64,000 bases of DNA from Escherichia coli (GTDB taxonomy: Bacteria; Pseudomonadota; Gammaproteobacteria; Enterobacterales; Enterobacteriaceae). The notes under the pieces are model-generated. The model was given only the letters and a program-made list of their open reading frames with translations. It searched no databases and was not told where the DNA came from. Each line of letters starts with the position of its first letter. Position 1 is the first letter of the stretch. Positions 11,187 to 23,447 of this stretch are shown here, piece by piece. The stretch is taken from the NCBI RefSeq assembly GCF_016026235.1, contig NZ_CP065613.1; one strand, written 5' to 3'. The position numbers and the translations under genes are program-made.

Positions 11187-12532
11187 AATTTACCCAACGT
11201 CTTAGTCTGCGCGTCAGGCTGACGCTAATCTTTTTAATTCTGGCCTCGGTGACCTGGCTGCTTTCCAGCTTTGTCGCCTGGAAACAAACAACGGATAACG
11301 TCGATGAATTGTTCGACACCCAACTGATGCTGTTTGCCAAGCGGTTAAGTACGCTCGATCTCAACGAAATCAACGCGGCGGATCGCATGGCACAGACGCC
11401 AAATAAATTAAAACACGGTCATGTTGATGACGATGCGCTGACCTTTGCCATCTTTACCCACGACGGCAGAATGGTCCTTAACGATGGCGATAACGGAGAA
11501 GATATTCCTTATAGCTATCAACGGGAAGGTTTTGCTGACGGGCAACTGGTGGGCGATAAAGATCAATGGCGTTTTGTCTGGATGACCTCACCTGATGGCA
11601 AATATCGCATCGTTGTTGGTCAGGAATGGGAATACCGTGAAGACATGGCGCTGGCGATTGTTGCCGGGCAATTGATCCCGTGGCTGGTCGCACTGCCGAT
11701 TATGTTAATCATCATGATGGTACTATTGGGTCGTGAACTCGCTCCGCTGAACAAACTGGCGCTGGCGCTGCGTATGCGTGACCCTGACTCGGAAAAACCA
11801 CTAAACGCGACTGGCGTACCCAGCGAAGTGCGTCCGTTGGTTGAGTCGCTAAATCAACTGTTCGCCCGCACACATGCGATGATGGTTCGTGAACGACGCT
11901 TTACCTCCGACGCAGCTCACGAACTACGTAGCCCGTTAACGGCGCTGAAAGTGCAAACCGAAGTTGCGCAGCTTTCTGACGATGATCCGCAAGCGCGGAA
12001 AAAAGCGCTGCTTCAATTACATTACGGGATCGATCGCGCTACTCGTCTGGTTGATCAACTGCTCACTCTATCGCGGCTGGACTCACTGGATAACCTTCAG
12101 GACGTCGCGGAGATCCCGCTTGAAGATCTCCTGCAATCGTCGGTGATGGATATTTACCACACGGCGCAGCAGGCGAAAATTGACGTGCGACTGACACTCA
12201 ATGCCCACGGCATCAAACGCACCGGACAACCGCTATTGCTAAGTTTGTTGGTGCGAAATTTGCTGGATAACGCCGTGCGCTACAGTCCACAGGGCAGCGT
12301 GGTAGACGTCACGCTGAATGCTGATAACTTCATCGTGAGGGATAACGGCCCCGGTGTGACACCAGAGGCACTGGCGCGAATTGGCGAACGCTTCTATCGC
12401 CCACCCGGACAAACCGCTACCGGCAGCGGGCTTGGGCTATCGATTGTCCAGCGAATCGCCAAATTGCATGGCATGAATGTTGAATTTGGGAATGCGGAAC
12501 AAGGTGGATTTGAGGCGAAGGTAAGCTGGTAA
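11183..12532 (+). CDS. qseC: sensor histidine kinase QseC
   Basis: 449-aa ORF, H-box AAHELRSPL, two TM segments. Confidence 0.93.
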   Translation: MKFTQRLSLRVRLTLIFLILASVTWLLSSFVAWKQTTDNVDELFDTQLMLFAKRLSTLDLNEINAADRMAQTPNKLKHGHVDDDALTFAIFTHDGRMVLNDGDNGEDIPYSYQREGFADGQLVGDKDQWRFVWMTSPDGKYRIVVGQEWEYREDMALAIVAGQLIPWLVALPIMLIIMMVLLGRELAPLNKLALALRMRDPDSEKPLNATGVPSEVRPLVESLNQLFARTHAMMVRERRFTSDAAHELRSPLTALKVQTEVAQLSDDDPQARKKALLQLHYGIDRATRLVDQLLTLSRLDSLDNLQDVAEIPLEDLLQSSVMDIYHTAQQAKIDVRLTLNAHGIKRTGQPLLLSLLVRNLLDNAVRYSPQGSVVDVTLNADNFIVRDNGPGVTPEALARIGERFYRPPGQTATGSGLGLSIVQRIAKLHGMNVEFGNAEQGGFEAKVSW

Positions 12533-12544
12533 CTTCTCTGTCTA

Positions 12545-12577
12545 TGAGAGCCGTTAAAACGACTCTCATAGATTTTA
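12545..12577. terminator. bidirectional hairpin between convergent qseC and ygiZ
   Basis: tctatgagag...ctctcataga perfect 10-bp stem, followed by ttttact. Confidence 0.6.
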
Positions 12578-12910
12578 CTAATAGCAAAATATAAACCGTC
12601 CCCAAAAAAGCCACCAACCACAAACCAGACAAATACCGAGCGAGAATACATATACCCAAAACTCGAACATTTCCCGCATAAAGAGTTTTCTTAAGATAAG
12701 AATAATAAGTGGCGTAAGAAGAAAAAATGCTGCAATCATTGCTTGCAATATACGATCTTCGCCTGAAACGGAAGGTATACTGCAAATATTGCCTCCCGAG
12801 TCAAGCATCCAGTCATACTTATTGAAAGCAAAAAAAGCATCTATTAACCAATAAGTAAGCATTATGTATAATAATGCTTCAAATATTGATAGTAGTTGTT
12901 TTTTTAACAT
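12578..12910 (-). CDS. ygiZ: inner membrane protein YgiZ (about three hydrophobic helices); candidate immunity protein for the upstream effector
   Basis: 110-aa hydrophobic ORF; ATG lies 6 nt after the stop of the upstream gene; A+T-rich like the two genes upstream. Confidence 0.8.
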   Translation of the reverse strand: MLKKQLLSIFEALLYIMLTYWLIDAFFAFNKYDWMLDSGGNICSIPSVSGEDRILQAMIAAFFLLTPLIILILRKLFMREMFEFWVYVFSLGICLVCGWWLFWGRFIFCY

Positions 12911-12916
12911 GTCTGA

Positions 12917-13627
12917 TTACTCATTAATCAATTTTTTGATATGTTCTCTAATCTCTAACAACCTCATACCATAAGAGATGAATTTATAATCATCTGTATC
13001 ACGCGCAGGCAAATTATTAATTAAATAAATAAAAAACCCCAAATCTCGTTCAACACCACGATTATATCTAATACCAGCCATAATATACTGCTCATTCGTC
13101 ATATACAGTGTTGCCGAAGAGGGATAATCAAAAAGGGCAAGATCTCTTAAATGAGTAGCAGCAATTTGAAACGTAAAATCATCTTCCATTAGGCATGTCG
13201 CTAACTCTAACTGATTTCTGGTAGTTAATTCTGAAGGGTCAAGACCTAGAGTAATCGCTGCGGTTCGTATTTGTATACCCATTGAGCCAAATGATGTTTT
13301 ATTTTCAGGCATATCTAACAATCCAATCATTCTTTTTGTTTCATATATCTGAAACTTATAATTTTCAGGCATACCTCCTGACTCAATCCAGGCCACACCG
13401 CCCAGTAACTCTGGACGAATCCCAGCGGCATATGCATGTTTAATTATTTTGTCCCTATTATATTGTACATATGCATCTTTATAAGCATTTAAATAATATA
13501 CTCCCGAACGGCGACGCGAATCATTTTTTCCTAACTTCCAGAGTAAAACGTCCATTTCATCCCATTTACGGAACTTAGTTTGTGGAATTGTACAATAGCT
13601 ATTTTTTATAGTGAGATCGCTTTTCAT
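12917..13627 (-). CDS. putative Hcp-associated effector with lytic-transglycosylase/lysozyme-like (GH23-like) motifs
   Basis: ORF track gives 12917..13654 with a TTG first codon overlapping hcp; ATG at 13627 (MKSDLTIKN...) sits 2 nt after the hcp stop. Motifs AWIESGG, GSMGIQI and AGIRYNRG resemble the ES / G-x-Q / YN-G signature of SLT-type muramidases (e.g. MltE QQESGGNPNA...GLMQL). A+T-rich; no signal peptide. Confidence 0.55.
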   Translation of the reverse strand: MKSDLTIKNSYCTIPQTKFRKWDEMDVLLWKLGKNDSRRRSGVYYLNAYKDAYVQYNRDKIIKHAYAAGIRPELLGGVAWIESGGMPENYKFQIYETKRMIGLLDMPENKTSFGSMGIQIRTAAITLGLDPSELTTRNQLELATCLMEDDFTFQIAATHLRDLALFDYPSSATLYMTNEQYIMAGIRYNRGVERDLGFFIYLINNLPARDTDDYKFISYGMRLLEIREHIKKLINE

Positions 13628-13629
13628 AT

Positions 13630-14109
13630 TTAAAAAACCCTTTCTTCCCAACAACTATATGATTCCGTACTCGCGATATGGTGCTTCCATGTTATATTTT
13701 TATAATTAAGAACAATAACCTCTTCCGGTTGATTACCCGCATGTGTAATTGAGTGTGGATAACAAGTCAGAATATTCGATAAATGTGCCCCTTGCAATTC
13801 AATTGTGTAAAACCTTTCAATACAACCGCCAGAATTAATTCTATAAAAATTAAATATAGCTGATAACTCTTCATTTTCAGAAAGAGCAGCATTTAATAAA
13901 GGGGAGGATTTATCTATTGGCTTGTAAAATTTTATGGGGTGATGCACTACATTATATTCTCGACTTAAAGAATGGTCGAACTGCAAAACAAAAATTTCAT
14001 CCACATGATTTATTTGATATTTATTACCAATAGATGCATACGAACCACAGCCCTCAGAGATCAAACCTTGTGTTTTCCCTTTAATTGATAAGTATATGAT
14101 ATTTGACAT
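13630..14109 (-). CDS. hcp: type VI secretion system tube protein Hcp (TssD family), orphan copy
   Basis: 159-aa ORF; IYLSIKGKTQGLISEG, IDKSSPLL and YKNITWKH match conserved Hcp blocks; GGAG Shine-Dalgarno 9 nt upstream; A+T-rich. Confidence 0.8.
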   Translation of the reverse strand: MSNIIYLSIKGKTQGLISEGCGSYASIGNKYQINHVDEIFVLQFDHSLSREYNVVHHPIKFYKPIDKSSPLLNAALSENEELSAIFNFYRINSGGCIERFYTIELQGAHLSNILTCYPHSITHAGNQPEEVIVLNYKNITWKHHIASTESYSCWEERVF

Positions 14110-14358
14110 ATATATTCTCCATGATTATTTTTTCCGAAAAGCTCCTGTATCATTTGCATAATACATCTCTCCTGTGGGAACTTATGGGAAGTTGATTTCA
14201 GTATTGTCATTTTCAGAAAATATTTATCCTGCATCGGTGAGTCAGAGCAAGATCAGACTTTTGCTAAATTCGCAAAAGACTTTGCACATTTTGCTAATTT
14301 CACCGTACCGCTCTGTGACGTACTATAGTCGGCAAACGTCTCACCTTGAGGTTAAAAA

Positions 14359-14940
14359 ATGAGCAACATCCTGATTATCAACGGCGCGAAAAAATTCGCC
14401 CACTCCAATGGTCAACTGAACGACACCCTGACCGAAGTCGCGGATGGCACACTGCGCGACCTCGGGCATGATGTCCGCATCGTTCGCGCCGACAGCGACT
14501 ACGATGTCAAAGCGGAAGTACAAAACTTTCTCTGGGCTGATGTGGTGATCTGGCAGATGCCAGGCTGGTGGATGGGCGCGCCGTGGACAGTGAAAAAATA
14601 TATTGATGATGTATTCACCGAAGGTCATGGAACGCTGTATGCCAGCGATGGCCGTACCCGCAAAGATCCGTCAAAAAAATACGGTTCCGGCGGCCTGGTA
14701 CAGGGCAAAAAATATATGCTTTCTCTGACCTGGAACGCACCAATGGAAGCCTTCACCGAAAAAGATCAATTCTTCCACGGCGTTGGCGTCGACGGTGTGT
14801 ATCTGCCGTTCCATAAAGCAAACCAATTCCTTGGCATGGAACCGCTGCCGACATTTATCGCTAATGACGTGATAAAAATGCCTGATGTTCCCCGCTATAC
14901 TGAAGAATATCGCAAGCATCTTGTGGAAATTTTTGGTTAA
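14359..14940 (+). CDS. mdaB: NADPH:quinone oxidoreductase MdaB
   Basis: 193-aa ORF MSNILIINGAKKFAHSNGQLN...; synteny. Confidence 0.93.
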   Translation: MSNILIINGAKKFAHSNGQLNDTLTEVADGTLRDLGHDVRIVRADSDYDVKAEVQNFLWADVVIWQMPGWWMGAPWTVKKYIDDVFTEGHGTLYASDGRTRKDPSKKYGSGGLVQGKKYMLSLTWNAPMEAFTEKDQFFHGVGVDGVYLPFHKANQFLGMEPLPTFIANDVIKMPDVPRYTEEYRKHLVEIFG

Positions 14941-14970
14941 CTAGAGCTCAGGCTTTAGAAGGAGTTAACC

Positions 14971-15285
14971 ATGCTTACCGTAATCGCAGAAATCCGTACT
15001 CGTCCTGGTCAACATCACCGTCAGGCGGTATTGGATCAGTTTGCTAAAATCGTTCCAACCGTACTGAAAGAAGAAGGTTGCCACGGCTATGCGCCAATGG
15101 TGGATTGCGCTGCTGGCGTGAGTTTCCAGTCTATGGCACCGGATTCTATCGTGATGATTGAGCAGTGGGAAAGCATCGCGCATCTTGAAGCGCATCTGCA
15201 AACCCCGCACATGAAGGCGTATAGCGAAGCCGTAAAAGGTGACGTGCTGGAGATGAATATTCGTATTCTGCAGCCAGGGATTTAA
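14971..15285 (+). CDS. ygiN: quinol monooxygenase YgiN
   Basis: 104-aa ORF, ABM-domain size; synteny. Confidence 0.9.
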   Translation: MLTVIAEIRTRPGQHHRQAVLDQFAKIVPTVLKEEGCHGYAPMVDCAAGVSFQSMAPDSIVMIEQWESIAHLEAHLQTPHMKAYSEAVKGDVLEMNIRILQPGI

Positions 15286-15332
15286 ACCTGCCTTGTTTGC
15301 CCGGCCATCCTGACCGGGCAATGTTCTTTCCT

Positions 15333-17228
<1,896 letters not shown>

Positions 17229-17253
17229 TTAAGTTAGCAATTCGAGTTGATCG

Positions 17254-17835
17254 TCAGAGATGGTGCAGACCAAGAAAATCGACGATCGGGTTGAAATAAT
17301 CTTCGAAGCCCGTGAATGCGTGGTTGCCGCCTTCTATGACAGTCTGGCGGCAGGAAGCGTAGTACGCCACCGCCTGGCGGTAATCCAGCACTTCATCTCC
17401 CGTCTGTTGCAGCAGCCAGATCAAATCCGGCGCTTCCAGCGGGTCAATCTGCATGACTTTGAGATCGTAAATATGGCGTGACTCTAGCACATATTGCTGC
17501 CCGGTGTAGGGGTTCTCGTTCTGACCGAGATAGTCCGTCAGCAGTTCAAACGGGCGCACCGCCGGGTTTACCACCACTGCGGGCAGCATAAAACATTGTG
17601 ACAACCAGGTGGCGTAATATCCCCCCAGTGACGAACCGACAATACCCAGCGAATCGCCGCCATGTTCCAGGACAATGGATTCCAGCAGCTCTGCCGCGTC
17701 GGAAGGATACGGCGGCAACTGCGGAATGATCATCTCAACGTCAGGGTGATGTTCCGCCAGCCAGTTTTTTAACAAGCTCGCTTTTGCAGAGCGCGGCGAG
17801 CTGTTGAAACCGTGTAAATAAAGAAGCGTAGACAT
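17254..17835 (-). CDS. yqiA: esterase YqiA (alpha/beta hydrolase)
   Basis: 193-aa [17 protein letters not shown]...; synteny. Confidence 0.9.
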   Translation of the reverse strand: MSTLLYLHGFNSSPRSAKASLLKNWLAEHHPDVEMIIPQLPPYPSDAAELLESIVLEHGGDSLGIVGSSLGGYYATWLSQCFMLPAVVVNPAVRPFELLTDYLGQNENPYTGQQYVLESRHIYDLKVMQIDPLEAPDLIWLLQQTGDEVLDYRQAVAYYASCRQTVIEGGNHAFTGFEDYFNPIVDFLGLHHL

Positions 17836-18662
17836 CAGTAGCCTTCTGAAGCGGTATCAGGTTGGAAACGTGTGTCCGCCAGGCGATGCACCTCGGTGGT
17901 CAGCGTGCCATCAGCATGTAACTCGAGAGTACGCCAGCCGGGCGCGATAGTATCCAGCGTAAAGTTGGAACAGTGCGGCTTAAACTGCACACAGGTCGAC
18001 GGCGTTGCCAGCAGGCGGCGACCGTTCCAGTCGAGATCCAGCTCCTGATGAATATGACCGCACAGCAAGTATTTGACGTGCGGAAACTTCGCCAGCACGG
18101 TATCCAGTTCGCCCGCGTTACGCAGACTGTGTTGATCGAGCCAACTACAACCCGCAGGTAGCGGATGATGATGCAGCAGCAGCAACGTATGGCGTTCTGG
18201 CGCATCGGCCAGTTTACGTTCCAGCCACTCAAGCTGAAACTCGCTCAGCTCACCGTGCGGCACGCCAAACACCTGGCTATCCAGCAACAGGATTTGCCAT
18301 TGCTCACCAATAAACACGCGCTTCGCCGGGGAGATACCCGCATCCTGTAACGCGCTGTACATCGCGGGCTGGAAATCGTGGTTGCCCGGCAGCCAGACGC
18401 AGGGCGCACGAAAACTTGCGATGCCTTCAGCGAAATGCTGATAGGCCGCAGAGGATTGATCCTGCGCTAAATCACCTGTCGCGACAATCAGGTCGAATTC
18501 GTGCTGGTGTGGACGAATCGCCTCCAGCACCGCCTGGTAGCTTTCCCAGGTGTTTACCCCTAACAGGGCTTCGTGCTTTTGTGCAAACAGGTGAGTATCG
18601 GTAATTTGTAAAATCCTGACTCTGGCCTCACCAGCCAGAGGAAGGGTTAACAGGCTTTCCAA
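17835..18662 (-). CDS. cpdA: 3',5'-cyclic AMP phosphodiesterase
   Basis: 275-aa ORF with metallophosphoesterase motifs (GDL, GNHD). Confidence 0.92.
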   Translation of the reverse strand: MESLLTLPLAGEARVRILQITDTHLFAQKHEALLGVNTWESYQAVLEAIRPHQHEFDLIVATGDLAQDQSSAAYQHFAEGIASFRAPCVWLPGNHDFQPAMYSALQDAGISPAKRVFIGEQWQILLLDSQVFGVPHGELSEFQLEWLERKLADAPERHTLLLLHHHPLPAGCSWLDQHSLRNAGELDTVLAKFPHVKYLLCGHIHQELDLDWNGRRLLATPSTCVQFKPHCSNFTLDTIAPGWRTLELHADGTLTTEVHRLADTRFQPDTASEGY

Positions 18663-18686
18663 ATGGTGTCCTTAGGTTTCACGACG

Positions 18687-19109
18687 CTAGTAAACCGGAA
18701 TCGCCATCGCTCCATGTGCTAAACAGTATCGCAACCAGTCCGCTAAAAACTGGTTAATTTGATGCTTTTCGTCGCGTTGATGCAACTTTTTATTAGGATA
18801 ATCATACCGCGCTTTGAAGCGAAAAATCTGCTGGCTTGAACACACTTCAGCCACCATCGCGTCATGATACAGACGCACCGTCATTGACGGAAGGCTCCAG
18901 TAACTGATCGCGGGCGCAGTCTGTTCTATTGTCACCAGGGTAGTGTATCGGGTCGATTCCACAATCGTCAGCCGATATTGTGCGTTTGCCACCTGATAGC
19001 TTACAGTTTCGCCGGGTGCGTCATTGCGCGGTAACAAACGGCGCAATTGTGAAAAGTTCATCTCGCACAGGCGCATCATTTCAGGAAAGTCAGGTGTGTA
19101 ACGCTTCAT
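18687..19109 (-). CDS. yqiB: DUF1249 protein YqiB
   Basis: 140-aa ORF; synteny. Confidence 0.85.
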
Positions 19110-19739
19110 TTATACCCACTCATTTTTTAACGCTTGATGATGCAGCTGCAGCCATTGCAAAGCGATGACCGACGCTGCGTTGTCGATTTTCCCCTCTTCT
19201 ACCCACTGGTATGCCTGTTCCCGGCTTACCACATGAACGCGAATATCTTCGTTTTCATCAGCCAGACCGTGAATACCGCTTGCGGTTGTGGCGTCCACTT
19301 CGCCCACCATAATTGACGAACGCTCACTGGTGCCCCCCGGGCTTGCCAGGAAACTTAACACCGGTTTGGTCCGTTTGACTATCAGCCCCGCCTCTTCAAT
19401 CGCTTCGCGACGGGCAACATCTTCCACACTTTCACCCTCTTCAATCATCCCGGCAACCATCTCCAGTAGCCAGGGGGTTTCGCTGGTGTCGTACGCGGCA
19501 ATCCGAATCTGCTCAATCAGCACAACTTCATCACGCACTGGGTCAAAGGGTAGCAAGACTGCGGCGTGACCGCGCTCAAAAATTTCCCGCCGTACCTCAT
19601 GACTCATTTGCCCGTTGAATAGACGATGACGAAATCTATAAAGATCTAATGAAAAAAAGCCGCGATAAAGTGTTTCTCGTGCAATAATTTCTACATCGTT
19701 TTTGCCAAATGTAACGGGCAGGTTGTCTGGCTTAAGCAT
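19110..19739 (-). CDS. nudF: ADP-ribose pyrophosphatase (Nudix)
   Basis: 209-aa ORF with Nudix box [22 protein letters not shown]. Confidence 0.92.
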
Positions 19740-19841
19740 TGTTAATGTCCTGGCACTAATAGTGAATTAAATGTGAATTTCAGCGACGTTTGACTGCCGT
19801 TTGAGCAGTCATGTGTTAAATTGAGGCACATTAACGCCCTA

Positions 19842-19861
19842 TGGCACGTAACGCCAACCTT
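19842..19861 (+). promoter_or_regulatory. mar/sox/rob box in the tolC promoter, with TAGAAT -10 about 20 bp downstream
   Basis: tggcacgtaacgccaacctt fits the GCAC...CAAA marbox pattern; tagaat at 19881-19886. Confidence 0.55.
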
Positions 19862-19943
19862 TTGCGGTAGCGGCTTCTGCTAGAATCCGCAATAATTTTA
19901 CAGTTTGATCGCGCTAAATACTGCTTCACCACAAGGAATGCAA

Positions 19944-21425
19944 ATGAAGAAATTGCTCCCCATTCTTATCGGCCTGAGCCTTTCTGGGTTCAGTTCGTTG
20001 AGCCAGGCCGAGAACCTGATGCAAGTTTATCAGCAAGCACGCCTTAGTAACCCGGAATTGCGTAAGTCTGCCGCCGATCGTGATGCTGCCTTTGAAAAAA
20101 TTAATGAAGCGCGCAGTCCATTACTGCCACAGCTAGGTTTAGGTGCAGATTACACCTATAGCAATGGCTACCGCGACGCGAACGGCATCAACTCTAACGC
20201 GACCAGTGCGTCCCTGCAGTTAACTCAATCCATTTTTGATATGTCGAAATGGCGTGCGTTAACGCTGCAGGAAAAAGCAGCAGGGATTCAGGACGTCACA
20301 TATCAGACCGATCAGCAAACCTTGATCCTCAACACCGCGACCGCTTATTTCAACGTGTTGAATGCTATTGACGTTCTTTCCTATACACAGGCGCAAAAAG
20401 AAGCGATCTACCGTCAATTAGATCAAACCACCCAACGTTTTAACGTGGGCCTGGTAGCGATCACCGACGTGCAGAACGCCCGCGCGCAGTACGATACCGT
20501 GCTGGCGAACGAAGTGACCGCACGTAATAACCTTGATAACGCGGTAGAGCAGCTGCGCCAGATCACCGGTAACTACTATCCGGAACTGGCGGCGCTGAAT
20601 GTCGAAAACTTTAAAACCGACAAACCACAGCCGGTTAACGCGCTGCTGAAAGAAGCCGAAAAACGCAACCTGTCGCTGTTACAGGCACGCTTGAGCCAGG
20701 ACCTGGCGCGCGAGCAAATTCGCCAGGCGCAGGATGGTCACTTACCGACGCTGGATTTAACGGCTTCTACCGGGATTTCTGACACCTCTTATAGCGGTTC
20801 GAAAACCCGTGGTACCGCTGGTACCCAGTATGACGATAGCAATATGGGCCAGAACAAAGTTGGCCTGAGCTTCTCGCTGCCGATTTATCAGGGCGGAATG
20901 GTTAACTCGCAGGTGAAACAGGCACAGTACAACTTTGTTGGTGCCAGCGAGCAACTGGAAAGCGCGCATCGTAGCGTCGTGCAAACCGTACGTTCCTCCT
21001 TCAACAACATTAATGCTTCTATCAGTAGTATTAACGCCTACAAACAAGCCGTAGTTTCCGCTCAAAGCTCATTAGACGCGATGGAAGCGGGCTACTCGGT
21101 CGGTACGCGTACCATTGTTGATGTGTTGGATGCGACCACCACGCTGTACAACGCCAAGCAAGAGCTGGCGAATGCGCGTTATAACTACCTGATTAATCAG
21201 CTGAATATTAAGTCAGCCCTGGGTACGTTGAACGAGCAGGATCTGCTGGCACTGAACAATGCGCTGAGCAAACCGGTTTCCACTAATCCGGAAAACGTTG
21301 CCCCGCAAACGCCGGAACAGAATGCTATTGCTGATGGTTATGCGCCTGATAGCCCGGCACCCGTCGTTCAGCAAACATCCGCACGCACTACCACCAGTAA
21401 CGGTCATAACCCTTTCCGTAACTGA
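19944..21425 (+). CDS. tolC: outer membrane channel TolC
   Basis: ORF 19905..21425; mature-length start at MKKLLPILIGLSLSGFSSLSQA signal peptide (493 aa). Confidence 0.95.
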   Translation: MKKLLPILIGLSLSGFSSLSQAENLMQVYQQARLSNPELRKSAADRDAAFEKINEARSPLLPQLGLGADYTYSNGYRDANGINSNATSASLQLTQSIFDMSKWRALTLQEKAAGIQDVTYQTDQQTLILNTATAYFNVLNAIDVLSYTQAQKEAIYRQLDQTTQRFNVGLVAITDVQNARAQYDTVLANEVTARNNLDNAVEQLRQITGNYYPELAALNVENFKTDKPQPVNALLKEAEKRNLSLLQARLSQDLAREQIRQAQDGHLPTLDLTASTGISDTSYSGSKTRGTAGTQYDDSNMGQNKVGLSFSLPIYQGGMVNSQVKQAQYNFVGASEQLESAHRSVVQTVRSSFNNINASISSINAYKQAVVSAQSSLDAMEAGYSVGTRTIVDVLDATTTLYNAKQELANARYNYLINQLNIKSALGTLNEQDLLALNNALSKPVSTNPENVAPQTPEQNAIADGYAPDSPAPVVQQTSARTTTSNGHNPFRN

Positions 21426-21431
21426 TGACGA

Positions 21432-21451
21432 CGACGGGGCTTCGGCCCCGT
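21432..21451 (+). terminator. hairpin after tolC
   Basis: gacggggc ttcg gccccgtc. Confidence 0.5.
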
Positions 21452-21572
21452 CTGAACGTAAGGCAACGTAAAGATACGGGTTATCTGCCGCATTCTTCCC
21501 CCTTCTCGCTTCAATTTCGACCAGCCATCCTCTATTCTGATGGGTATTTACCACTGGTCCCGGAAGACAAAA

Positions 21573-22244
21573 ATGAAACGGACAAAATCCATACGCCACG
21601 CATCGTTCCGCAAAAACTGGAGCGCACGCCATCTGACACCAGTCGCTCTCGCGGTTGCCACTGTTTTTATGCTGGCTGGCTGTGAAAAGAGTGATGAAAC
21701 AGTGTCTCTCTATCAAAATGCTGACGACTGTTCAGCTGCAAACCCAGGCAAAAGCGCCGAATGTACCACCGCGTACAACAATGCGCTGAAAGAAGCCGAA
21801 CGTACTGCGCCGAAATACGCCACCCGTGAAGACTGTGTTGCTGAATTTGGTGAAGGTCAGTGCCAGCAAGCACCAGCCCAGGCTGGCATGGCACCAGAAA
21901 ACCAGGCGCAGGCCCAGCAATCCAGCGGGAGTTTCTGGATGCCGCTGATGGCCGGTTACATGATGGGTCGTCTGATGGGCGGCGGTGCGGGATTTGCACA
22001 GCAGCCGCTGTTCTCCTCGAAAAACCCAGCCAGCCCGGCTTACGGTAAATATACCGACGCGACGGGTAAAAACTATGGCGCAGCCCAGCCAGGCCGCACC
22101 ATGACCGTACCGAAGACAGCCATGGCACCAAAACCGGCGACCACCACTACCGTTACCCGTGGCGGTTTTGGTGAATCTGTTGCCAAACAAAGCACTATGC
22201 AGCGTAGCGCAACCGGTACCTCTTCTCGTTCAATGGGTGGCTGA
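21573..22244 (+). CDS. ygiB: DUF1190 lipoprotein-like protein YgiB
   Basis: ORF 21540..22244; probable start at MKRTKSIRH (223 aa). Confidence 0.85.
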
Positions 22245-22249
22245 TACCG

Positions 22250-23410
22250 ATGGAAAGAGTCAGTATTACCGAGCGCCCGGACTGGCGTGAGAAAGCCCAC
22301 GAATACGGTTTCAATTTTCACACCATGTACGGCGAGCCGTACTGGTGTGAAGATGCTTACTACAAGTTGACCCTCGCCCAGGTTGAAAAGCTGGAAGAAG
22401 TCACCGCCGAACTGCACCAGATGTGCCTGAAAGTGGTGGAAAAAGTGATCGCCAGCGATGAGCTGATGACCAAATTCCGCATTCCAAAACACACCTGGAG
22501 TTTTGTGCGCCAGTCATGGCTGACGCACCAGCCATCGCTTTATTCGCGTCTTGATCTGGCGTGGGATGGCACTGGCGAACCTAAACTTCTGGAAAATAAC
22601 GCCGATACGCCAACGTCACTATACGAGGCGGCGTTCTTTCAGTGGATCTGGCTGGAAGATCAGCTTAACGCCGGTAACTTGCCGGAGGGCAGCGACCAGT
22701 TTAACAGTCTGCAAGAAAAACTGATCGATCGCTTCGTTGAGCTGCGTGAACAGTATGGCTTCCAGTTGCTGCATCTCACCTGCTGTCGCGACACAGTGGA
22801 AGATCGCGGAACCATTCAGTATTTGCAGGACTGCGCAACGGAAGCTGAAATTGCTACTGAGTTCCTCTACATCGATGATATCGGGTTAGGTGAAAAAGGT
22901 CAGTTCACGGATTTACAGGATCAGGTAATTTCCAACCTGTTCAAGCTGTATCCGTGGGAATTTATGTTGCGTGAGATGTTTTCCACCAAGCTGGAGGATG
23001 CAGGCGTACGCTGGCTGGAACCGGCCTGGAAGAGCATTATCTCCAACAAGGCACTTCTACCGCTGTTGTGGGAGATGTTCCCGAATCACCCGAACCTGCT
23101 GCCCGCTTATTTTGCGGAAGATGATCATCCGCAAATGGAAAAATATGTGGTTAAACCGATCTTCTCCCGTGAAGGCGCAAACGTATCGATCATTGAGAAC
23201 GGCAAAACCATTGAAGCAGCGGAAGGTCCGTATGGCGAAGAAGGGATGATTGTTCAGCAATTCCACCCGTTACCGAAATTCGGCGACAGCTATATGCTGA
23301 TTGGTAGCTGGCTGGTGAACGATCAACCTGCCGGAATTGGCATTCGTGAAGACCGTGCATTGATCACCCAGGATATGTCTCGGTTTTATCCACATATTTT
23401 TGTTGAATAA
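22250..23410 (+). CDS. ygiC: glutathionylspermidine synthase-like ATP-grasp protein YgiC
   Basis: 386-aa ORF; synteny. Confidence 0.9.
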
Positions 23411-23418
23411 TCAATGAT

Positions 23419-23442
23419 ACCGGATGGCATTCGCCATCCGGT
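23419..23442. terminator. bidirectional hairpin between ygiC and ygiD
   Basis: accggatggc attc gccatccggt perfect stem. Confidence 0.55.
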
Positions 23443-23447
23443 AATTG

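Noticed and set aside
12540-14340. Possibility that the A+T-rich hcp cassette is a prophage remnant or integrative element
   Set aside because: No integrase, no tRNA attachment site and no flanking direct repeats seen; the content is only hcp, effector and membrane protein, fitting a T6SS cargo islet better
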